Assembly: GCA_965228855.1 (NCBI GenBank)
Contig: CBDDIJ010000003.1
Span: 1,312,001-1,376,000 of the forward strand
Source: Candidatus Obscuribacterales bacterium
GTDB taxonomy: Bacteria > Cyanobacteriota > Vampirovibrionia > Obscuribacterales > Obscuribacteraceae
Length of the DNA: 64,000 nt
Direction: 5' to 3'
Under the pieces are notes generated by a model. It was not told the DNA's origin. It searched no databases and saw only the letters and a program-made list of their open reading frames with translations. Positions 50,321 through 58,136 of this stretch are shown here, piece after piece (position 1 is the stretch's first letter; every line of letters begins with the position of its first letter). The translations under genes and the position numbers were made by a program.

Positions 50321-52330
50321 TTATCCCATAGATTGTCTTGCTTGCACGAGAGCGGCGCGCAGTTCTTCCATACTGCTGAATCGATTGGCCGGCTTCTTTT
50401 CCAGTGCTTTGAAAATCACCTGTTCAAGTGCGAACGGAATGTGTATGTCTGGTCTTGCAACAGAAATTCTGTCAGGGACGACATTGACGTGCTTGAAAAT
50501 AGTTTTGACGACGTTCTCGGCCATTATCGGCGGTTTGCCTGTGATGCCCTGATACATCACGCAGCCAAGCGAGTAGATATCGGTCCGGACGTCTAACTCC
50601 TCGCCCATGCATTGTTCCGGGCTCATGTAGAGTGGGCTTCCGAGAATGTCTCCTGTTTGGGTGAGTTCTTGGGCTTCCAGACCACGCGGATCGATTACCT
50701 TTGCAATGCCAAAGTCTACAACCTTCACAAGATCTGGTGTTTCTGAGTTCTTGACGATTAAAATATTGCTTGGCTTTATATCACGATGGATTACCCCTTT
50801 TGAGTGCGCGTGAATCAATGCCGCGCACACCTGATCGAAGATAGGGAAGAAGCGACCTGGAGGAAGACCTCCTTGTTTTCCGAACTCGTCCTGCAAAGTT
50901 ACTCCCTCGATCAGTTCCATCACCAGATACGGTATCTCTTTCTTTGTGATGCCATAATCGTGCACAACGACAAGGTTCGGGTGCTTAAGAGCTGCTGCGG
51001 CTTTCGCTTCACGGTCGAAACGCTGTCGATTATTCCCGATGTCTGCGACATGAGGGTGCAAAATTTTGATAGCCAGCAGCGCATTTGTTTTTCGGTGCCT
51101 GCTTTTGTAAATTGCACCCATGCCACCTATGCTGATTCTGGCTATGAGTTGATACTGCTCCGGCAAATCAATAGAGTCAGTAGTCGCCAACTTGCCACTG
51201 GAAGCCAGTCCGTATGGAATTTGCCCGGAATCGCCCGGGATTGTTTCTCCATTGTCTATGCCTAACTCGGCGGCAAAAAGTTTTGCAAGCTTCGGGGGAT
51301 TATGGTGGTTTATCAGAGATTGAGACAGAATTGCGACCGCCATATTAGCACTTGAGCTTTTGTCGAAATGCATACGCCTGAAATTCGCATTTGCGAGTCT
51401 GCGTCTATCCAAAACGAAGTCCCATAGCCCGCCCAGACCTGATGTAGAGTCGCCCCGCTTGGGTAGCTTAAATTCGGAAGCTTTCGGAAACCATCTCATT
51501 TTGATCCATGTATCAATCAGGATGGCACCGAATATGGTTCCGATCAAAACGTACGGAGTTGCAAAACCTTTTGCGGTGACCATTGAGAAAAATCCTCCAA
51601 TGGCACTATTATTCGAGTTGTAGTTTACGGAAGCCGTATGGTCTAGAACGGCGTAAGCAAATCCTAACGACGCAATGATGATTGCGGTATTCTTTTTATG
51701 ACTCATCAACAGAGCCAGACCCAGAAATACTGATGCTATCGCGGTCCATACGGCATGTCCGGCGGAGAGATACTGCCAGTTTACGAAGTCGGCAGTGGGG
51801 AGCCATTGCAATTTGTGAGTCCATTGAACGTGAACGTGCTTAAATGCATCGTACACAAAAGCGAAACCAGCTCCTGATGCTGCACCCATTATCATAACGT
51901 CGGTAACGCCCAGAGTCCAAACTGAGAATTTTTTCGCTCTTGCGAAGAATAAAAAAAGTGGTACCAGTTTCAGTGCTTCTTCGATAAACGGCAACACGAA
52001 CGTACTTGCAGGATCCAAAAATGTACCGTCGATACTCTTTTCGAGTGCGCCGACTAAACCCATCATTACTGCTCCGGAAAAGAACATCAGAGCGACTGTT
52101 CTAATCGGAACTGTGCGAGTGAAACTACCCATCAAAATCAGTCCAATCAAAAATGCCAGGTTAAGCGCTAACGCTGTAATTCCTGTTGGAGCTCCCGTTG
52201 CTATAAATGTGAGGCTGAGCCAACCAGCGATACCGATCCACAACACAATCCAGCGCACCGGGACTTTGGATGCTCCTATTGGAACAACTCCCCAGCTGTT
52301 GTCGGTTTTCGGTGCTTCCGCTTGTTTCAT
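50321..52330 (-). CDS. PrsW-like intramembrane protease domain fused to a Ser/Thr kinase
   Basis: Multi-TM with EEALK, GAGFAF and GHAVWT; C-terminal kinase HRDIKPSN, DFG, SPE. Confidence 0.85.
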   Translation of the reverse strand: MKQAEAPKTDNSWGVVPIGASKVPVRWIVLWIGIAGWLSLTFIATGAPTGITALALNLAFLIGLILMGSFTRTVPIRTVALMFFSGAVMMGLVGALEKSIDGTFLDPASTFVLPFIEEALKLVPLFLFFARAKKFSVWTLGVTDVMIMGAASGAGFAFVYDAFKHVHVQWTHKLQWLPTADFVNWQYLSAGHAVWTAIASVFLGLALLMSHKKNTAIIIASLGFAYAVLDHTASVNYNSNNSAIGGFFSMVTAKGFATPYVLIGTIFGAILIDTWIKMRWFPKASEFKLPKRGDSTSGLGGLWDFVLDRRRLANANFRRMHFDKSSSANMAVAILSQSLINHHNPPKLAKLFAAELGIDNGETIPGDSGQIPYGLASSGKLATTDSIDLPEQYQLIARISIGGMGAIYKSRHRKTNALLAIKILHPHVADIGNNRQRFDREAKAAAALKHPNLVVVHDYGITKKEIPYLVMELIEGVTLQDEFGKQGGLPPGRFFPIFDQVCAALIHAHSKGVIHRDIKPSNILIVKNSETPDLVKVVDFGIAKVIDPRGLEAQELTQTGDILGSPLYMSPEQCMGEELDVRTDIYSLGCVMYQGITGKPPIMAENVVKTIFKHVNVVPDRISVARPDIHIPFALEQVIFKALEKKPANRFSSMEELRAALVQARQSMG

Positions 52331-53152
52331 TTAGTCTCTGGAATTGCGATTTCTCGATCTGCTGGAAGGTGGTTTTCTTCGCTCTGCTGTACTTCTGCTA
52401 CGCGATGGTACGGAGGTATCCGCGTCATCAGAAGAGGAAGCCCGTTTTACCGGCTCCGGCTTCTCCGATTTCTTCTGGCTCTGTTTGACATTCGTGGGTT
52501 TGTCGATGGCTCCGGAAGTGGTATCGTCAGCGGTGCTTTCCGCCGACGGAGTCAAAATTGTTTTCATAAGACCCGCCAGGAAAGGAGCACGCTCGCTTTC
52601 CATCTTTCCGGTGCGAGTAGCGCTTAGATAGGCTTCTGTCGCCATGGTTTGACCGACATTCTCTGAGACTGCGATTGTGGAAGAGACGCGATATTCGTTT
52701 AAGATTGCCAGTGCGACATCATACTTGCCCCGTGGCGATAGAAACCCATCTACGTAGGTGCGTTGTAGAATCAGAAGATTATCCTGAGCTAGAGCCGCTT
52801 TGCGTTCTGCTGCAAAATCGTATGCGCTTGCTATAGTAGGTTGAACCTGATCGAAAGGAATCTCCGGTATACCAGGAGCTTCAGCAACGGTTTCGGTAAC
52901 TACGGGAGAACCAAACCCCCGACTCGGTATTTCTACGCTAGGTTTGGCGGGGTCTTTCGCTGGGGGCGCTCCTGGAGACTCAGGTGCCACGTTGGACGGT
53001 TTGTCCGTATCCAGCAATTCCTCGTCTTCTACAAACATCCTTTTCGGTTTGGGCGGACGCCGCCCAAGCTCAACGGCAAGAGAAACGCAAGCCAAAAGTG
53101 CAAACAAAGCGGCAAATAGCCCGCTGCTTTCCACGATTGTGCCCACGTCCAT
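52331..53152 (-). CDS. Membrane-anchored hypothetical protein
   Basis: N-terminal TM; GGAG RBS; abuts the PrsW-kinase gene. Confidence 0.7.
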   Translation of the reverse strand: MDVGTIVESSGLFAALFALLACVSLAVELGRRPPKPKRMFVEDEELLDTDKPSNVAPESPGAPPAKDPAKPSVEIPSRGFGSPVVTETVAEAPGIPEIPFDQVQPTIASAYDFAAERKAALAQDNLLILQRTYVDGFLSPRGKYDVALAILNEYRVSSTIAVSENVGQTMATEAYLSATRTGKMESERAPFLAGLMKTILTPSAESTADDTTSGAIDKPTNVKQSQKKSEKPEPVKRASSSDDADTSVPSRSRSTAERRKPPSSRSRNRNSRD

Positions 53153-53277
53153 ACCCGGTCCGTCTCCAGTAGGTAGCTTCTGATAATTAGAGGCTGCGCC
53201 TCATACCATCTCTTACCAATCTGCTCATTATGTTAGACATCTAACCATATAGAACGTCTCGATCCTCCGGAAAGTCC

Positions 53278-53306
53278 TTCACTGAATTTTGCCCGGCTTG
53301 CATAAT
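53278..53306 (+). promoter_or_regulatory. Candidate sigma70 promoter of the 53.4-55.3 kb operon
   Basis: TTCACT-N17-CATAAT. Confidence 0.4.
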
Positions 53307-53432
53307 ACTATGAAATCACTGTAGCCAATGACTTTGAGCATCGTAAACGATAGAAACCAAGCTTCAGTGGGAACTGTTTTCTGAGTCGATCTGAGCCGCT
53401 ATGATGGCGAAGGTTGTGGGAAGGAGGTAGTG

Positions 53433-53684
53433 ATGATGAATAACGACCCACGTTTGAACTTTCGCCCGGACGGCAGAACCGCTGTTCTCCACTTGCGTTT
53501 CGACGGTCTAAGCCGAGACATTGAACTGGATCTTCTGGACCTGGGCGTGGCCGCTTCCGACGCGTCGATAAGAGCGGTGGTTGCAAGATTCGTCGACGTT
53601 CCTGCAGCAAAGCTTAGCGAATACGTTGTGGAACGACACGAAAACGGCAATCTAACACTTCGCCCTGAAGCGGTATTTGGATGA
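53433..53684 (+). CDS. Small candidate ubiquitin-like modifier ending in Gly
   Basis: AAGGAGG RBS; about 83 aa with a beta-grasp-compatible pattern (HLRFDG-SRDI, helix, YVV, NLTLRPEAVFG-stop); upstream of a ThiF gene. Confidence 0.7.
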   Translation: MMNNDPRLNFRPDGRTAVLHLRFDGLSRDIELDLLDLGVAASDASIRAVVARFVDVPAAKLSEYVVERHENGNLTLRPEAVFG

Positions 53685-54634
53685 GCGACGATCCGTTGTC
53701 GTTGATCAGAAGTTTTTCCGACGCCGAGAAAAAATTGGCGTCGGAGATTTTTCTTGCGCCGTATGTGCCAGGTGGAAAGATCACCGTCAAAGTTAAGGGT
53801 GTCGTGCTTTCAGCATCAGTCGTTGACGAAGGTCCGCTTGCCGAAACGCCAGGATTCGGACTTTTTAGAATCACAGAATCATCCAAGGCCGGTTATGTTG
53901 CGAAGCCAACCTTCGCTCAAGTTGAGGCTTATCTGAAGCTGATGCCCAGAGTGAGCCTGACGCTAATTGAAGAATTCGATGGACACTGGTGGGGCGTGCA
54001 GGCACAGTCGTCGGATACAAGATTTGACTTGAAGGACCCGGTTCCGGTGCGCCTGACAGAACGCGGTGCGTCTTTCCAGCAGATATTCGCAAGATTCGAC
54101 GGCTCCTCGTTTTGGTACCAGTGTGAAAATCGTAGACGCGATCCTGTGATTGCGCGCAAGTTGCGGGATGCGTTGGACCGTGACGTCTTGCCGGACGAGG
54201 TACGGATCTCCGGCGCGACCCCGAGCGAATTGTTCGCCTATCGAATAATATTCTTCAGCCGGCACCCTGAACTAGCTCCTATAGAATCAGAGCCAGAACA
54301 GCAAGTTGCTGATGAATTTGTCGAGAGTTCATCGCAGGATTCGTTTTCAATGCAAGGAGGAGTGCACAGGAATCAGTGGGTCAACTCGGATTTGAGACGA
54401 CTGCGTGACGCCCTGGCTCATGCTGGCGCACGACTTGACGGATATTGGACAAACGGCTCAACCGAGATGACAGTTCGATATGTTGTGGACGGGCATTCAC
54501 ACACTGCGAACGTTCGACTTCATGATTTGACTGTAGTCAGTTCCGGAATTTGTCTAAGCGGGCGGGATGAAGATTTTGATCTGACCAGTCTTGTAGGTGT
54601 CATGCGCGAATTTCATAGAAACGAATACTACTGA
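53681..54634 (+). CDS. Hypothetical protein with C-terminal SGICLSG..FDLxSL Cys motif
   Basis: ATGA overlap with the upstream gene; 317 aa. Confidence 0.8.
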   Translation: MSDDPLSLIRSFSDAEKKLASEIFLAPYVPGGKITVKVKGVVLSASVVDEGPLAETPGFGLFRITESSKAGYVAKPTFAQVEAYLKLMPRVSLTLIEEFDGHWWGVQAQSSDTRFDLKDPVPVRLTERGASFQQIFARFDGSSFWYQCENRRRDPVIARKLRDALDRDVLPDEVRISGATPSELFAYRIIFFSRHPELAPIESEPEQQVADEFVESSSQDSFSMQGGVHRNQWVNSDLRRLRDALAHAGARLDGYWTNGSTEMTVRYVVDGHSHTANVRLHDLTVVSSGICLSGRDEDFDLTSLVGVMREFHRNEYY

Positions 54635-54645
54635 GGATTAAACCT

Positions 54646-55281
54646 GTGACTAAGTTGCATCATGAGGTTGTCTATCGAGGCAAAGAGACAATAAGCAGGC
54701 TCGGGGACGCTAGGCTGGTGGTATGCGGTGCGGGCTCGCTAGGCTCTAATCTTGTAACGCAGATATGCCGACAAGGTTTTAAGAACATATGCGTTGTGGA
54801 TCGCGACAGAGTCGAGGAGTCGAATCTTGGAACTCAAGTTTACTCTCTCGACGACATAGGTGCGCTCAAGGCCGAGGTATTGAGAAACTTGATCTATCGC
54901 GAGGTAGGCGAGGAAATCAGAGCTGTTTCTAAAGAACTCAACGATAAAACTGCGGCTAAGTTTTTAAGTGATTGCGACCTGGTTGTCGATGCCTTCGATA
55001 ACTCTGTTTCGCGTCGACTCGTGACTGATTTTTGCAAGTCAAATAGCGTTCCGTGCTTGCACATCGGTGTAAACGGCGACTACGGAGAACTGCGCTGGAA
55101 TGATAGGTACATCGTCCCCTCTGATGCAGGTGACGATGTTTGCGACTATCCTCTAGCAAGAAATTTGGTTCTGCTCGTAACTGCCGTTGCCGCTGAAGCG
55201 TTGATTCGCTTTATCCTCGATGGTTCAATGAAAAACTATTCGGTGACGCTGAGGGATCTTTCAGTGAACTGCGATGATTAA
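54646..55281 (+). CDS. ThiF/MoeB/E1-like adenylyltransferase without Zn CxxC motifs
   Basis: VCGAGSLG, DRDRVEESNLGTQ, KAE, DAFDN; a Cys in DVCDY. Confidence 0.9.
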   Translation: MTKLHHEVVYRGKETISRLGDARLVVCGAGSLGSNLVTQICRQGFKNICVVDRDRVEESNLGTQVYSLDDIGALKAEVLRNLIYREVGEEIRAVSKELNDKTAAKFLSDCDLVVDAFDNSVSRRLVTDFCKSNSVPCLHIGVNGDYGELRWNDRYIVPSDAGDDVCDYPLARNLVLLVTAVAAEALIRFILDGSMKNYSVTLRDLSVNCDD

Positions 55282-55593
55282 ACGCAGTTCGTTTATTGCA
55301 TTCGCTAGGAAACCTGAAGGAACGCAATGAGATTAACGCAGTCGCTCAGGGAACCTGAACGGACGCAATCAGTTTATTGCATTCGCTCAGGAACCTGAAG
55401 GAACGCAATGAGATTAACGCAGTCGCTCAGGGAGCCTGAACAGCCTCAATGAGTTTATTGCATTCGGTCAGGAACCTGAACGGACGCAATCAGTTTACTG
55501 CATTCGCTCAGGAACCTGAAGGAACGCAATGAAATTATGGCATTTGCTCAGGGAGCCTGAAGGAACGCAATGAGTTTATTGGACTCGCTCAGG
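55281..55593. repeat. Tandem array of 38-bp palindromes (7 full units plus 1 partial; 2-3 bp linkers)
   Basis: Units start at 55313, 55354, 55394, 55435, 55475, 55515 and 55556; consensus CCTGAAggaacGCAATgAGTTTATTGCATTCGCTCAGG; linkers GAA/AA/GAG. Confidence 0.93.
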
Positions 55594-55788
55594 GAGCCCG
55601 TCCCGTTAAAAATAAACATTGCAGTAATTCAAACACTTGAGCTAGAATCAATCTCAACACAAATTCCGAACAGCAGAGAATAACCGTACAAGCCGTTCGG
55701 AGAGTCATCATTTAAAAAGCTTGAGCTGAAAAAACATCCAATTTGGAAAGTTCCCCATTTGTACGGTAGTCATTCGGGGGTACTCGTC

Positions 55789-56592
55789 ATGTTTGAACGT
55801 TTGAATTCCTCTTTCCTCGATTCGCTCGAATCGAGTAGAGATTTCCGTAAACAACTTGCCCAGGAACGTTGGAGGGACGGTTTCAATTGTCCTCGTTGCG
55901 GCTGCACCAAAGGGTATGCCTTGCAGACGCGCGACATTGTCGAATGTGCAGGCTGCAAGAAGCAGACTTCATCGACATCCGGAACTGCTTTTCATGGCAT
56001 TAGACGACTGGTTGAATTTGGCAAGGCATTAAAAGATTTCTGCACGGGAAATCATATTTCGGCGGCGCAGCACGCGCGGAACTCTGGCATTGATCCTGGC
56101 ACAGCCTGGACTCATCTTCAGAAAATTCGTTCCGTTTTTGCGTCTGCACCGCTTGAAACCGCTTGCATCGATGTGCCCTGCACCATTTTTAAGCCGGCAT
56201 TGATCAAGCAAGGTAAGGAAGATGAGCACTATTGCGCGACTTCTCCGAAGGCGAGTGCTCAAGAAATCATCGCAGTCACGATTTTAAATTCAGCAACCGA
56301 ATCTAACGCCAAATTGCCTGCCTCCATGATTCATTCGGCATTGTCGTTTCTACTGTCTGTGTTTCGTGGCGTGAGCCGGAAATATTCCCAGCTTTATCTA
56401 GCTGAGTTCAACTGGATCGTAGAAGATAGAACGATCAGTTTTAGTGATGCTTTGGCGATGTGTCTGCGCGGTCACCCGATAATTCGCGATGATATAACAG
56501 ATTTTTCGTCTCCTTTTCTTTTGCGCATAGTGGATACGGAATTCGCCGGTTGTCGAGCGCCGCCGACGATCAAAATCGGCGCATTTGATTAG
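55789..56592 (+). mobile_element. IS1595-family transposase-derived gene, catalytic core apparently missing
   Basis: RW.DGFNCPRCG...CAGCKKQTSSTSGTAFH Zn-ribbon, HTH (ISAAQHAR...TAWTHLQKIR) and C-terminal FRGVSRKYSQLYLAEF; no recognisable DE/TD catalytic motifs. ORF open from 55759. Confidence 0.75.
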
Positions 56593-56668
56593 ATTAAGGC
56601 ATTCTCTCTTTGAATGCTAAAGTGGCATGATATGTTGTCCTACTGCATATTTCTAATTCGATTCGCCC

Positions 56669-58105
56669 ATGATTGAAGACATCTTTTTTGACATCGCTTC
56701 GCAGTTTGGGATTGAAAAGGTTCCGCGCGCCCCTGAGTTTTTTCAATTCAACTCGACGGAAAAGCTTATGTCTGTCGAGGATTGGTTTAGGAACATTCTT
56801 GATGAGACGAAAGATCACTGCGTAGACTTCTCGAGAACAATAATCGAGAGCAGTTGTTGGTATGTCGAGATACAAGGAGACGGAGCGATTCGTTTACGCG
56901 ACGTCCATCAGGGTGAATTTGATCTGGCTATCGATCGCCAGGCTAAATCGGTAAAGGGAAAGAAGCGCGGACAGGGCGGGAAATTGCTTGCTATTTTCGT
57001 GGATGAGCCAAGAAACTACGCAACCAAGAACATGACAGGACGCGATCTCTTGAGGTCGTTAACAGATTCTGTAGACGGGCTACTTGTCCATCTACCGAAT
57101 AAAGCTGCCGTCGAATTTCCGCGTTCGGACTTTCGAGATTTCAACGGATTCGCTCAGATGTGTGAGCTTGAAGAGATGCTTCTCTTTCCAGCAAACAATC
57201 AGATCGAGAAGCTGCTGGAAGCGACATGGTTTGTAGAAAAAAACGAGGATGGTTCTCTACTTCTTAATTGGGCACCCGACTGTAAACAGCTAGTGCATGT
57301 ACACACTCATCCGAGCAAAGCCAGTTCGTTTGACGCTTATCGATTGAAGCCAATGAGCGGACATGAACTGTTTCATTCCCTTTTAGAGAATCAGACCGCC
57401 AATGGGATTGTCGTCAACCTGATCAGCACAATTGGAGTACAGCCATCTCTCAGGCAGTTGTTTCTGTCACGTTCGATAGTCAAAAACATAGTACAGGGGC
57501 TCGATACACGCGTAGGCGTGAATCCGCTGCCCATCCGACACACGGATGAGATCTCGGATTGGCTCGACATGCGCAAGTTCCCTGTTGCCGATCGAAAAAT
57601 TATCGACGCACCCTTCGAAGAGTATACTCTGTATCGAGCTGTGGTACCGCAGGGCTGCGAAATTTCTATGCAGGAAGCGGGTAAGCAAAGGGAGACGCCT
57701 GGACCGACCTGGAGTCCCGTGTTTATTCAGTCAAAAATAAGTCCGATCGCAAGCAGTGAGCCAAGTCGTATTGTCTGTCCAGGTTTTTACGCCGAGCAAC
57801 TGGGCGCGCATTTCCTTGTGGGTGGCTCTGACCCCAGGCGATTTAATCCTGGATCAAATTTTTTGATTGGCAAAAGGATCGATGACTACTCAATTGAGCA
57901 AGCGATGAGAAGAGAACGATGGGCGTCGGAACTTCTAAAATTTCTTCCTCCAGGAGGGGATACGATCCCTCGTGACGCTTTCCACACAGCCAAAGGTGCT
58001 TCTTTGGCTCAAGAATTTCCGCATGCAGCAAAACGAGACTGGATCGAAGCGACTTTGAAGCAGGCTCAGAAATTTACTAAACCTTGGGTCTGGTTCAACT
58101 CTTAG
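56669..58105 (+). CDS. Hypothetical protein, possibly tandem SseB-like domains
   Basis: 478 aa; internal repeat MTGRDLLRSL..DGLLVH / MSGHELFHSL..NGIVVN. Confidence 0.6.
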   Translation: MIEDIFFDIASQFGIEKVPRAPEFFQFNSTEKLMSVEDWFRNILDETKDHCVDFSRTIIESSCWYVEIQGDGAIRLRDVHQGEFDLAIDRQAKSVKGKKRGQGGKLLAIFVDEPRNYATKNMTGRDLLRSLTDSVDGLLVHLPNKAAVEFPRSDFRDFNGFAQMCELEEMLLFPANNQIEKLLEATWFVEKNEDGSLLLNWAPDCKQLVHVHTHPSKASSFDAYRLKPMSGHELFHSLLENQTANGIVVNLISTIGVQPSLRQLFLSRSIVKNIVQGLDTRVGVNPLPIRHTDEISDWLDMRKFPVADRKIIDAPFEEYTLYRAVVPQGCEISMQEAGKQRETPGPTWSPVFIQSKISPIASSEPSRIVCPGFYAEQLGAHFLVGGSDPRRFNPGSNFLIGKRIDDYSIEQAMRRERWASELLKFLPPGGDTIPRDAFHTAKGASLAQEFPHAAKRDWIEATLKQAQKFTKPWVWFNS

Positions 58106-58136
58106 GGGAATAATCTAAGGGAACCGCAATCGAGTT

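Noticed and set aside
54646..55281. Housekeeping thiF/moeB
   Set aside because: It lacks Zn CxxC motifs, has no thi/moa neighbours, and the partner protein ends in FG rather than GG.
55281..55593. CRISPR array
   Set aside because: Units are joined by only 2-3 bp with no unique spacers, and there are no cas genes in the window.
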